Source: Chiloscyllium plagiosum (taxonomy: Eukaryota). Taken from it: 64,000 nucleotides of DNA. Positions 51,409-64,000 of the stretch are shown here, one piece after another. The position numbers were made by a program, and so were the translations under genes. Under the pieces are notes generated by a model. That model saw only the letters and a list, made by a program, of their open reading frames with translations, had not been told where the DNA came from and ran no database searches. The first letter of the stretch is position 1. Each line of letters opens with the position of its first letter. The stretch lies in the NCBI RefSeq assembly GCF_004010195.1, contig NC_057752.1, forward strand, positions 7,285,785-7,349,784. Reading direction: 5' to 3'.

Positions 51409-51596
51409 TTACAAGACCAAAATGAGATACCAGCAATTACTGTTATTGAGACTCACTGATTTCTATGGATTAGGGATTTGCTGTTGCAGTTACTATTTAA
51501 GTTAAAAAATCAGATGATTTGATAGATCAGCCCAGTCTCATGGTTTGGGTTCATGTTTGGAGCATGTCATTAACCTATATGTTCATTTTATATGAT
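51409..51596 (-). other. DNAJC22: 5' UTR part of the DNAJC22 ATG exon
   Basis: Strong acceptor actaattttgtctttctgcag|ATC (branch point, pyrimidine tract, AG at 51598-51597); implies at least one non-coding exon further right. Confidence 0.7.
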
Positions 51597-53709
51597 CTGC
51601 AGAAAGACAAAATTAGTAAAAATTAGAATTTACCAATCAATTTATGATCAGATCTATGTACAAGCATTACAGATATGAGGAAATTCTTGACCATGCCCAG
51701 ATATATATAACTTGTCACCGAAGATTTTGTTTTGACCAGACACCTGTGGAACGCATCACAATGATGTAGAGTTTTCAGATCAAACTATTGAACAATCCAC
51801 ATAGACTTTTTATGCACTCAGGGTGAAGTATCGTGTATTTCAGCTGGCATAGACACGATGAGCCATCATTTTCTGTGCCATAATTATTCTACATTCTGTA
51901 TATACTCTAAATATCAGAAAAGGAGGAACATGCATCGAGGTGGGCCGGAATCTTATACAGCCTTGAGCAATGTATGCTATGGTGGGATTTGTGACAGAAT
52001 TGCACAAGAAGTCTGGTGAGGTCAATCTCAGTGCTGTGACCAACTCACTGCAAGGTAAGTTTCCTGCTAGATGTTGCCAATTAAGGAGATTATAGCCTTT
52101 TAAACACCTTATTAATGTGAAACTCACCTAATTAATATTTTGCTTCTTATCTTACCAAATGCACTGAACAAGCTAGACAGCAAGAAATCTTGACATGGAA
52201 CTCAGGATGTGTACTTGGACACTTCAACTCACTGCTGGCTGTGAGGAGTCTCCATGCTTCTCAGCATTAGAGAGCATCTCAGTGCACAGTCCATAAGCAC
52301 CAGCAAAACACACCTCACAATCATCAAAGTACATCTCCAATCCATTTCCAGGGCACATTTAAGGGTGCATTGGCAACTAGCATTGAAAGCCTCATGTATT
52401 GATATTTTACATGCAGGGACAGGTATCCAGCTCACGCATTGGAACCAGGCTGCATCTCAGGGCTGTTCACTTTGCACTTCCCTGTCTTGTCTCGCCTTCC
52501 ATGCCATGCAGCATCATGTTTGCTTGTGCATTGGAGGTTGCCTCAGCCAGAATGAAAGGCTATCAGTACTGCTGTATTAACATGCTCTTCTACACAGTTG
52601 CACAGACACATTTGTTTGTCATTACGGGTCTGTTCAGGGTTGAGGGCGGGGTATCATCTTTATGAACGGCAGGCGTTAATCTAACACTGACAGCAAGCGC
52701 CAGCTGCCTGCATTTAAGCACTGTACGTTTACTCACCCAAATGGCCATTTTGGACAGTAGGTGGGGGCTAGTCCTCAGTTCAGTGAGTGAGGGGCTGCTG
52801 TCTATCAGAGCATTCTCAGAACCATCAGTCACGGACACAGTCTGCACATGAGTCTGGGGATTTGGCCACAGCCAGTTGTCTGCTTGGGCCTTTCAAGAGC
52901 CAGGGATCTGTGCATCTACAGTGTGGAGAATAAGCAACGATCAGTCCTGTGGGGCCAGCACGAGCAGTCAGAGGAATCCAGTATCGTCAGTCAGAGTGCT
53001 GCAAAGTCAGGTCTGATCAGTCATGCCTAAGGGCTGTTCATTGAAGTTCCTCAGAGGTTTTGGGTGAACACGGGCCTCAGAGTCTGTCCCTTGATCTTTT
53101 AGGAAGTTATAAGGAGAGCCTCTAGGGGCAGCAGAGGGATGATTGCCAAAAGTGGAGGGGGTAAAAGCAGAGGATTTTGTAGAGGTAGATGGTGACAGGA
53201 GAAAACATAGCGTTTATGTGGATGGTAGGCAGAACAGGGGATTGGAGAACATGATAGGCAACAGGAGGAGGGATTATTGGCAAGGACCACCATATTGGCC
53301 TCCACAGGAGGAGCAGGGTGGCATCATTAAACTGAAATGTCAGGCTCAGTGGGGTAGGGAGGATAGTTGGAGGTGAAGTTCAATGAGTTGGGTTTCCACA
53401 TTGGGGAGGAGAGGTGGGGAGGAAATGGGTGGAATTGGGCTGTCAGGGTAGTGTGAGGTAAAAGGAGACATGGGTGTTCTCAGCGAGTGATATGTTGGGA
53501 GATATCTGACAACTGGGTGAAGTCTGGTGCTCACGGTGGGCACTGCAAGCTATCTTCCCTGCCATCATTTGCCATTCTCTAGTTGCGAAATGCAACTGCA
53601 AACTGGCTGGGACAATGCCCACGGTATGGAATCAGTGTTATTTTGATGGGGAAAGAGCAGGATTCCTGTTTGCTAGATGCTAGGACACTGAAGGACAAAG
53701 ACAGAGAGC

Positions 53710-54003
53710 AAATGGCATACGTTTAGGGTGAGAGGGGAAAGATATAAAAGAGACCTGAGGGGCAACTTTTTCACTCAGAGGGTGGTACGTGTATGGAATG
53801 AGCTGCCAGAAGTGGTGGAGGCTGGTACAATTGCAGCATTTAAAAGGCATTTGGATGGGTGTATGAATAGGAATGGTTTGGAGGGATATGGGCCGGGTGC
53901 TGGTAGGTGGGGCTCGATTGGGTAGAGATATCTGGTCGGCATGGACGAGTTGGACCGAAGGGTCTGTTTCCGTGCTGTCCATCTCTATGACTCTATGACT
54001 CTA
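53710..54003 (+). mobile_element. CR1 3' end
   Basis: RDLRGNFFTQRVVRVWNELPE; tail (ctatgact)n. Confidence 0.92.
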
Positions 54004-54705
54004 AGTGTTTGGAAACTACAGCTAACTTTTATTTGCAATCATTTCATCATCCATTTGCAATGCGTATGGAGTGAATGTGCTTAGGGTTCAAATGTTAGTC
54101 AATGGGGATTTACGCTGTTCCATTGCTCATGGCAAATCCAACATCGACATCTCATTAATGCTGAAGTTAGCCGTAAACACTTAAAAAAAGAGGAAAATGC
54201 TGGTCAAAGATGGACCATTAATTGTGCAACTTCCAAGGCTGCTGCGGAGGTGGAAACCATAATCTGCCATGTAAGTTTAACAATGGTCTGGACTGAATGC
54301 AATGAGAAATGAATGATTAATGTCGGTTTGGGATAACAAGGGGTCTGAGTGCAACAGGCACTCCCTTTTTTATTTAATGCGTTAGTCACTTAGCCAAGGC
54401 AGCACCTTCACCAAGTTGTTGCTGATGCTGAGCCTAAACTGAATGAACAATGGAGACATGACTCTCGTTACTGGGGTGCTGCATGACTCACTGTATGAAT
54501 GACAGGGTGCAGCCCTCATTTGCAGAGTATGTCACCACTGACTCTTCTGAGACCTAAGACTTTGCCTTATGTTCCCACTGTCAGTCATTTCCAACAGGAG
54601 TCTTGTCTTCATCCATTGGTGGGACGTTGGTTGCTGTGGCTGCCTTCCTAAGATGGTGAAGGCACTGCGGAAGGGTGAGGGCTTCAAGGTCAGGAACAGG
54701 AGTAG

Positions 54706-54869
54706 CGTAGCAGGTCAGGCAGCATCCAAGGAGGAGGAGAATCGACGTTTTGGGCATGAGCGAAACGTCGATTCTCCTGCTCCTTGGATGCTGCCTGACC
54801 TGCTGCGCTTTTCCAGCAACACATTTTCAGCTCTGATCTCCAGCATCTGCAGTCCTCACTTTCTCCAGA
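54706..54869. mobile_element. Foldback PLE terminal element with TSD
   Basis: aacaggagtag at 54695-54705 and 54870-54880; inverted arms agcaggtcaggcagcatccaaggag..gagaatcgacgttt / aaacgtcgattctcc..ctccttggatgctgcctgacctgct. Confidence 0.8.
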
Positions 54870-54974
54870 AACAGGAGTAGGCCACCACAAAGGAAGAGGA
54901 GTCCCCTGCTCAGGGAGAGGTCACAGTCAGAAGGCCCCTTGGGACTCATGGGTCTGCAGGAAGAGCAGGGCTTT

Positions 54975-55400
54975 TTCAGCTCTGACTCCATTTCCAGGGC
55001 ATGACCAAGGTATAGTGTCTTGGGACATTATGATGGAATATTGCTCGATGCGCGAGTGAGAGGCCATCTTTTCTCAGTAGCTGCAAAGGCAACAGCCACT
55101 TTGAACTGCTGTGCAACTGGCACCTTCCAGGGAGTGATGAATACCCTGAGTGTGATCTCTCACATCTGAACAAGATCACACTATTCATTTCATTTCCTGA
55201 CGACAAGGTCAGTGCTACAGCCTGGACAGTAGGATTCAGGGACAATGTAGTAGATACTGACGAACCGAGAGGATGAGAGCAGTCTTCCAAGGATGAGGAC
55301 CTTTGGAGAAAAGGAAACTGAATTTGTGCATGACAGACCTCAGCTGCACTGTGTGCTACAGTCCAGACAGGACCTGATCAATGTCTGCTTCCAGTCAATG
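54975..55400 (+). mobile_element. PIF/Harbinger transposase relic, N-terminal region
   Basis: RGHLFSVAAKATATLNCCATGTFQG and FISFPDDKVSATAWTVGF resemble the HARBI1-type segments (GH.LPVAVKVT.ALNF.A.GSFQ; I.FP......RA.GF). Confidence 0.65.
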
Positions 55401-55849
55401 AGAGCTGGGTGCAGTAGACCATTATGGAATGTAAAACTACTGTTGGTCAAGATGCCAGCATTTGGTTTGCATCATTTTATTTGTGTTCTGTTATGGTGGC
55501 TGCAAATTAAAGCTTGTGTTTGAAATTCTCCTATTGCTTATGAAGTCTGTGTACTGAACAATGAGAAGGCATGGATCTACAGCAGGTATTGGGGACAGAG
55601 TAGTGATGTCCTAGAGAAGATGTTTAGATAAGATATCATGAAGGACAGGCAAACCTTATGCCTTGGTGGTTAAACAGTGACTAGAGTGAGAGGATGGGGT
55701 TGTACATGTGAGGGAGTGTTATTCATGCCAGTTATATACCCGAAGTATTGTGGCTTTGTAGGTGCCATTACATTGCTGGCAAGGGGTAACACCAGATTGC
55801 CAACAGTTGTGTGGATGCACAGCAGCCTCTCAAATATAGCACATGGGCA

Positions 55850-58800
55850 CAAGAGATGCTGGTCTCTACTAATGACCTTACAGTAAAAGAAAAGTGGCCT
55901 TCGGTAGCAGTGATCATAATGTTTGAATTTTTCATTCACTTTATGGGAGAGAAGAGTGGATTGGACACCAGTGTTTTCAATTTAACTAACAATTATGAGC
56001 ATACGAAGATGGAACTGGCTAAAGTGAATTTGGAAACTTGATTAAGGGATAGGTCAGTAGGAATACAGTGGCAGACATTTAAGGGGATATTTCAGAATAC
56101 TCAGTGAAAAAGAAAGATCATAAGAGAAGGACACATGGTTAAGTGAGGAAGTTAAAGGCTGTATTAAACCGAAAGGAAAACATATAACTCTGCAAAGGCA
56201 AGTGGCAAGTCAGAAGCAAAAACAGAAATTGCTGGAGTAGGTCTGGTAGCATCTGCGGAGTGAAAGCAAAGTCAAAGTTTCAGGTCCATTGATCCTTCTT
56301 TAGTTCTGCTGATGTTCAGATTTCTTGCATCCACAGTTCTTTTTGTTTGGCAAGTCAGAAGATTGGACATAATATAAGGAACAGCAAATGATGACTGAAA
56401 GATTAATAAGGAAGAGGCAATTGGAGTATGCAAGAAAGCTAGCTAGAAATGTAAAAAAGTCAAGAGTTTATACAGGTATTTAAGTAGTAAGTAAATTGAG
56501 TTTTTGGTCCATGAGAGAGAGTGGGTCTGGGGAATTAATCATGAAAAATAGGGAAATGGAAGATGAATTAAACAAATTTTCTATTTGTCTTCACAGTAGA
56601 GGATACAAATAAAATCCCAGAAACAATTGTGAATCAGAATAGGAAAAGGAATGAGGAACTGAAAAACAGTTCCCACTACTAAGAGGGCACTGAAAAAACT
56701 TGAAATAAAATATGACAAGTCCCTACGTCCTAATTGACTTCATCTTAAAAAGTGTTAAAAGAAGTGACTGCTTCAGGTTGCCAACTTTTCTCTGTTTCCT
56801 GCCCATTAGCCAATTCTCTATCCATGCCAATACACTACCTCCAACACATGGGTTGTTACCTTATGACTTAACTTTTTGTGACACACCTTGTTGAGCGCCT
56901 TCTGGAAGTCCAAATACAACACATTTACTGGCTCCATTCTATCCACTCTGGATAAGACTTCCTTGTAAATCTCTAATAAGTCAGACATGATTTCCCTTAC
57001 ATGAAGGCATGCTGACTCTGCTTGAAGATTGCTAATCACCTGATTTTTCTGCAGAATCCAAGGACTTTTGGAAAATTACAACCAATGTATCACTATCTCT
57101 GTAGTTACTTATTTTAGGAACCGTGGATGCAAGCCATCAAGATCAAGTGACTTCTGCTTTTAGCCCCATCAGTTTGTCCAATACTACTTCTTTAGTGATG
57201 GTGGTGGCACTTAGTTCCTCTCATGCATTCTGTAGTATTAATGGGCTGATTGAAGTATATTCCATCATCAAGACTGATGCAAAATATCTATATAACTCAA
57301 CAGACATTGCCTTGTTACGCGTAACTATCTCCCCAGATTCAATTTTCTAAGGAGCCTATGTTTACTTAGATCTCTCTCTTTTTATATATTTAAATAGCTC
57401 TTATTGTCAGTTTTTATATTCCTTGCCAGTTTGCCCTTGCAGTTTATTTTCTCTCCCATCTTTTTTGTCCTTCTTTGCTGAATTCTGAATTTATCCCAGT
57501 CTTCAGGGCCATCACTGACTTTGTTCCTCCTTATATGTTTTTTCTTTCACCTTTATACGCTCCTTAACCTCCTTGGTTAGCCATGATTGGTTTCTCTTTA
57601 GAATTCTCCTCCTTACTGGGATGTAATTTTGCAGAGATTCATGAATTACTTTCTCAAATATCTGTCACTGTTTGCTTACTGGCATTCCTGCTAATCTGTC
57701 TGCCCAGTCCACTTTAGCTAACTCTCTCCTCATTTCATTGTAATTCCCTTTACGTTAAACACAGTTGTTTCCAACCCAATTTTCTCAAAACTGAATATTC
57801 AATTTTATCATATTATGATCACTACTTTCTAGGGAATCTTTTATTTGGTGGTCATTTATTAAACTTGCTTCATTACGCACTACCAGATGCACCATAGCCT
57901 GATCTCTGGTTAGTTCCATGAGGAGACTGCTGCCTCACAGCGCCAGGGACCCAGGGGTCGATTCCAGCCTTGAATGACTGTGTGTGAAGTTTGCACGTTC
58001 TCCCAGTATCTGTGTGGGTTTCTGCCAGATGCTCCAGTTTCCTCCCACAGTCCAAAGCTGAGAAGAGTGTTGGATTGGCAATGCTAAATTGCCCCATATT
58101 ATCCAGGGATGTGCAGGTTAGGTGAATTAGCCATAGTAAATATGGGATTATGAGGGTAGGGTGGGGGTCTGGGTCTGGGTGGGATGGTCTTTGGATGGTT
58201 GGTACAAACTTAATGGGCTAAATGGTCTCTTTCTGCACCGAAGGGATTCTATGATTCTGTGACATGTTGCTATACGAAATTATCCCTAATAGTCTATGAA
58301 TGTGTTGTCGTAGCTGCCTTTTCCAGTATTCAGAAAAGAGGATTGGTTGGCTAATAGGAAGCAGATTGTGGGTTCAAACAGATCATTTTCAGTTTGGCAG
58401 GATGTTGAGTAAAGTTCCACAAGGATCAGTTTTGGAGTCTCAGTTATTTGCAAGTTATATCAATGGCAAGTGGTGAGACTGAAAGTATAGTTAATAAATT
58501 TGTTGACAATACAAAAGGCAGGTAGGAAAGTAAGTTTGAAGATGACAGAGTCTGCAAATGTTACATATAGATGAAGCGAGTGAGAAGATTTTGGCAGATG
58601 GATTATGATGTGGAAAAATGAACTTGTCCATTAGCAGGAAGAATAGAAAAGAGCATATTATTTAAAATGAAGAAAGATTGCTTAACTCAGAAACCTAATT
58701 ACAGAACTCAGAAGAGGTTAGTATGCAAGTATAGCAAGTGATTAGGAATGCAAATGGATGCAGTTATTTATTACAAGGGGAATTGAATATAAAATTGGGG

Positions 58801-59365
58801 ACGTTTTGCTACAGTTGTATACAGCATTGAAGAGGTCACGTCTGGAATACTGTGTACAGTTGTGACTTCCTTATTTAAGAATAGACATAAAATGCCTTAG
58901 AAGCCATTTAGAGAAGATTCACTTGACTGATGGCTGAATGGGTGGTTATCTTATGAGGAAAGGTGTGTTCATTGAAGTTTGGAAGAATCTGCGGTGATCT
59001 TACTGAAGCACAAAAGACTCTGAGGGGACCTGACAGGTGGATACCGAAACAATGTTTCCATTTTTGGGAGGGATGAGAACTAGGGGACACATTGGAAAGA
59101 AAATCCCTTATTTTTGAAAAGATAAAGGTGAGGAAGGTTTGTTTTTAAAGTCTCAGAAGATCATACATCTTTCCTAGAGGACAGTGGAGGCAGGTTCATT
59201 GAATATATTCAAGGCAGAGGTAGACAAATTCTTGATTAACAAAGGAATCTGTGATCATCAACGTCAGTGAGAATGTGGAGTTGAGGCCACAATTCGATTA
59301 GCCATTATATTATTGAAGAATGGAGAAGGCTGGAGGCGCTGAATGGGCTATTCCTGCTCCTAATT
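55850..59365. mobile_element. Two oppositely oriented CR1 copies (plus about 55850-56770 and 58330-59365; minus about 56775-58325) with nested PLE foldback (56217-56347) and HE1 SINE (57926-58259)
   Basis: Minus strand VLYLDFQKALNKV; plus strand QGSVLESQLF; TSD tggcaagtcagaag at 56203-56216 / 56348-56361; SINE head actgctgcctcacagcgccagggacccagggg. Confidence 0.8.
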
Positions 59366-59555
59366 AGAAACCCTACAGTGTGGAAGCAGACCCTTCGGCC
59401 CAACAAGTCCACACCGACCCTCTGAAAAGTATCCCACCCAAACCTATTCCTCTACCCTATTACTCTACATTTACCCCTGACTAATGCAAATAACCTACAC
59501 ATCCCTGCACACTATGGGCAATTTAGCATGGCCAATTCACCTAACTTGCACATGC
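59366..59555 (-). mobile_element. HE1-type SINE 3' half
   Basis: ccctacagtgtggaagcagacccttcggcccaacaagtccacaccgaccc...gggcaatttagcatggccaattcacctaac. Confidence 0.8.
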
Positions 59556-61611
59556 ACATGTTCTGTGTCCAGGGGTATTGCTGAAATTCAACTGGTTAAA
59601 ATCATCAGGTTGCCAGCACAAACCATTGGTAAGATCCCTGCTACTTTTCCAGATAAGCCTGATTATCTCAGGGTTGTTGCTTGCATGGTTATCTGAAACT
59701 TAAAGGATCTGCCCCCATAGTGATGAGTAAACACCTCCATTGTTAATCATCAACCATTCTCCAGAGTACTATGGACCCTCTTGGCTAGGTGTCAAGTTAC
59801 TGATTTTGCCATAAGACTTTTGGCTTGGTTTTGATCTTTGACTCTGAAGATATTTTGCTTATATAATCCATTTGAAGAAAATTAGTATTCACTACTGCCA
59901 ACTATGAGTTTGATCCTTCATTAGACGGTTGGCAGGTTCACAGAGCACCTCATAAGCAATAGTGAGCATATAGCAACCATAAAATGTGAGTACATTGCCA
60001 CTATCCTGATCAGTGTGCACTCACACCATACTCCTACCAGTTAAAGTAATAATGGAACTGGCCCCTCAGAATGTCAATTAAAATTAAGTTTTCTTATTGC
60101 TGCAACATATTACACAGCGGAACAAGATTCTATTGCATTCATGCTGCTGCTTACGGATTTCTCTGGTTTGCAGTTTCCAATAGCAGTGTTTATCTAAAAC
60201 TGGAACTTACCTCTACAGTAACAATGCTGTGCTTGCTGAATATTATCTGGATTCCTATTTAGCAGCATACTAGCTTTGAACAGTAGATTCCTGTCTGATT
60301 TGCCTCAGGAGCTTATGAAAAGTTGGGTCAAAATTTAAAAGGGATAAATTTACCTTTTTCAAGCATGTCGTGTTTCATTTACACGAAGGTGAAAAATTTA
60401 AGAACTTACTTGATAGGAAGTCTCAAGATACCAAAAGTAGGAAAGTGGAGAAACAGAAATCTTTGAACTAAAAAGTATATGAGCAAATGCTTACCAGTCA
60501 AAGAAGCGTAGTTTCTGGTTAGGTTCAGAGGACTTTTGACCACTGAAGACTAACCCTGTGTTGACTCAGCAGTTCATTATTGCGCAAAAATCGCAATACA
60601 TTCCAAAGTAGCTTTTTACAACAGCTGACTTATGTTCACTAACTGTGTTGAATATTAACTCCAGAAGGTGAATGAAAATAACAAATCTTAAATGACAATA
60701 CAAATCAATGTGAGCGTTAAACCCAATTAGAGGATATTATGTTACACTGGTAATATCCCTATCACTGGGCTAGATGGTCCAGGTCCAAAGTCCCACATGC
60801 CTCAGTGTTGTGTCATAAAATGTCTGAACATATTGATTGAAAATAATTTAAAACAAATTGGAAAAGTAAGTCAGTCCAGAAATAATCTTTGAAGTGATTT
60901 CCCAGAGGAAAATAGTTTAAAAAAACAACAGTAATACTTGTAAATGTACTGGTCATGCTGGTCTTCCACTTTGAAGTATACGAGATGGGCCAGACCACTT
61001 TGCGTTATTCACAAGTTTGCTGGTATTTTTCTGGAATCAGTTTTAAAGAAATAGCATTTTGAGTACAAATTGTTAGTACAGGATCAAAACTACTCTATTC
61101 AAATATTAAGTAAATTTGGCACGTTTATTCAATGTTAGAAGATGAGCAGTAAATCAGTCTTCCTGAATGGCAAATTTCTGAAGTTTGGCCTAATGCACTT
61201 TAGAATGCATATGCTGATTTCAGCTCTAGTTGGGTTGTTACACATGTAAAATTTAAGATAATCTTCATTTAGATAAATGCTATTATACATAGTATATGTG
61301 TTGGCTTGCAGTAGTTACATGACCCCACCTCTGTTGTATGGGCATTTGTGTATAGTCACTTGTAGCCTTTACATAGACAGCACTTGACATATGTGAGAGA
61401 GTAACGCAGGTAAAATTTATTGATGTTCAGCATGGTAAGTGAGCCAGCTACTGTGTAAAAGATAGAAAGGAATGTGTGGATTTTCAGAACTGTAAGAATG
61501 TGCACCACTGGAAGAAAAAAAAGGATTGTAGGTTTGAATTGTTGGGTGAGTCAAATGGCTATGAATTTCCCACAGAAAAGAGCTAAACTCCAGAAAAAGG
61601 CAAGGGTGATT

Positions 61612-62615
61612 GTCATAAAATCATACAGCACGGAAACAGACCCTTCGGTCCAACCAGTCCATATTGAACATAATCCCAAATTAAACTAGTCCCACCTGCC
61701 TGCTCCTGGCCCATATCCTCCAAATCTTTCCTACTCATGTACTTGTTCAAGTGTCTTTTAAACGCAGTTGTGCCAGCATCCACCGCTTCCTCGGGAAATT
61801 CATTCCACATGTGTACCATCCTCTGTGTAAAAGATTTGCCCATGTCTTTTTAAAATCTCTCTCCTATCATCTTAAAAGTATGTCCCTTAGTCTTGAACGC
61901 CCCCATCCTAGGAAAAAGACACCATTAACCCTTTCAATACTCCTCATGATTTTGCAAATCTCTATAATAATATCATCTCTCAACCTCCTACAGTCCAGTG
62001 AAAAACATCCCAGAAAGGCCATATTTTACTGAATGTGGCATCAAGGATCACCAGCAAAACTGGAAGCAACAGTGTTGTGTATTTGTGCAAGTATAGTGGA
62101 CTGTTACTTTAAGAGTCCAATCATGTGATAGAATGACATTATTGGTTGTTTTGAGTGGATAAACAGCTCTCTCTAACCTTGCTGCCTGTAGTGAGCATCT
62201 TCATAAAAAAACAGGAACATATGAGCAGGAATAGGCAATTCAACCACTTGAACCTGTTCTGCCATTCATTATGATCATGGCTGATCATAGAATTCAATGC
62301 CTCAAATTTTATCCTGCCCCCTTTAGCCACAAGAGCTATAATCTACCTCCTTGAAAATGAATAATATTTTGGCCTCAACCACTTTCTATCGTAGTGAATT
62401 TGTTTGGCCTCACCACTCGAGGTGAAGAAATGTCTCCTCATCTCATAAAAAGTTTGCCCCCTTTTGTTTAAACTATGACCCTTGTTTTGGACTCCCATAT
62501 GAGCAGGAACATCCTTCCTACAGCCAACTTGTCTCGTCTTGTTAGAATTCTTTTGAACTCCAGCGAATTGAATCCTAACCAACTCAATTTCTCATATGTC
62601 AGTTCTGCCATCCCA
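61612..62615 (-). mobile_element. Two CR1 3' fragments (about 61612-62010 and 62215-62615)
   Basis: SFTQRMVHMWNEFPEEAVDAG and CR1 3' UTRs. Confidence 0.85.
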
Positions 62616-62887
62616 AGTTCATCAATTTGATTCCTGTCCTGCTGTTGAAAACTGCAGTCACCTGGCCCTGCTTGGAATTTAAGAAAACTGGCAAAGGATG
62701 AAAATTGCTTGAAAGCAAATAAAATTCACCCCAGGTGAATAGCACAGATGCAGTTTGCCATGTGCTTCCCCTGAAGGATCACTGAGTACCAAGTACCCTA
62801 CACACAGAGGGAAATATCTGAGCTAGGGCTAGGGGTATAGACTCAAAAAAACAGACAGAGCCTTAGGAAAACCTTGTTTTATATAGT

Positions 62888-63615
62888 TAAAAATCACAAC
62901 AACAGGTTATAGTCCAACAGATTTATTTGGAAGTACAAGCTTTTGAATGCTGCTTCTTTGTTAGGTAGTGAGTGGGGCACGATCGTAGGACACAGAATTT
63001 ATAGAAAACGATCATAGTGTCATACACTGATGCAATATATTGAACAAACCTAGATTGCTGTTAAGTCTTTCACCTTTTAGAATGGGCTGCAGGTTTCGAC
63101 TCATTAATATGTAAATCTCAGAACTTCTTTCAAGTCATATTCCTGAGATAACTTCAACTTTTATTAAAAAAGGTGACATCTCAGCTCAGACAATGCATTA
63201 AAGGTGTGAGGTTAGAGTCTGTATGTATTCCAGTCTTGAGTCAGACTGGTTCATTTTTCAAAGTAGGAATTTATAAAATGTCACATGGATTATACAAAGT
63301 ATTTACTGCCTGCAGATTGTATGCTTTTTGAACAAAATAGAATGTATCTGCAAATACAATTCTGCAAATGCAAATTCACGCAACAGACTGTGTGTGTTGG
63401 GGAGGAGGTTGAGGGCAGTGGGGGAAGGGTGTGTGTGTGTGTTTATGTGAGAGTGTGTGTGTATATGTGCTTGATAGAGTGATGTATATGCCTGTGCATG
63501 AGTGTGATGTATATGCCTGTGAGAGGGTGTGCACATGAGTGTGACTGTGGGGAGTTTGTGTGTGTGCCTGAGAGAGAACATGTGTATGAGAGAAGGTCTG
63601 TGTGAGTGTGTGAGT

Positions 63616-63652
<37 letters not shown>
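62888..63652 (-). mobile_element. Penelope-like terminal region with GT/GA microsatellite (same family as 17041-17750)
   Basis: gttaaaaatcacaacaacaggttatagtccaacagatttatttggaag...gacacagaattta...cctagattgc..gttaag...caatgcattaaaggtgtgagg shared with 17081-17520; (gt)n(ga)n at about 63430-63652. Confidence 0.8.
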
Positions 63653-64000
63653 ATCTACTCAGATGAGAGATCTGCCGTTTTGTGAACTCTCATGCTCGAG
63701 ATTAGTTGTTCAGCTTTCATGGCTGCTAGCTCCATCAAGACAAACACGAATGTCGACTCAAAACTGGCATCAGTGAGGATGAACAGGTCATGTAGCAGCA
63801 AAATGCTGATATAAAGAAGCTTTATATAGAAACTATGGCAAAAGAGGACACATTGTTTGAGGAAGAAACGTGAACAACGCGTGGCAAAAATACAAAAGCT
63901 GAAGAATAGAAAGAAAAATCTACATGGTAGAGAAAAAATGAGGACATGAGAAAAGCCAAGACACAGTCTGAAGAGGAGCTGTTATTAAACATACTGGCCA

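Noticed and set aside
60781..60796. HNF4-like AGGTCCAAAGTCCCA
   Set aside because: It lies in the B-box of a decayed tRNA-derived SINE (similar to about 12690-12760), so it is probably coincidental, although exaptation cannot be excluded

Overview
Vertebrate genomic DNA, almost certainly from a cartilaginous fish (shark), judging by HE1/V-SINEs, SacSINE1-like Deu-SINEs and abundant CR1 LINEs. It has two assembly gaps (25314-25923, 33027-33494). Two host genes lie on the minus strand in the same order and orientation as at the human DNAJC22-SPATS2 locus. DNAJC22 (Wurst ortholog) is complete: two coding exons, 340 aa, TM2 domain plus J domain with HPD. SPATS2 is represented only by a CpG-rich promoter and a 25-nt first coding segment, with the rest of the gene probably beyond the left edge. 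Most of the remainder is decayed transposable elements: CR1, L2 and Rex-Babar LINEs; several Penelope-like element (PLE) families whose termini carry minimal hammerhead-ribozyme cores and often form short foldback insertions with 10-16 bp target-site duplications (TSDs); a Gmr1-type (integrase-before-RT) Gypsy element with a 4-bp TSD inside a Deu-SINE; solo LTRs; and two PIF/Harbinger transposase relics. No clearly new protein-coding system is visible. The best leads are the hammerhead-bearing PLE foldbacks, a five-uORF cluster in the DNAJC22 leader, and a candidate hepatic-type DNAJC22 promoter near 60.5 kb. All calls were made by eye; repeat boundaries without a TSD are approximate.
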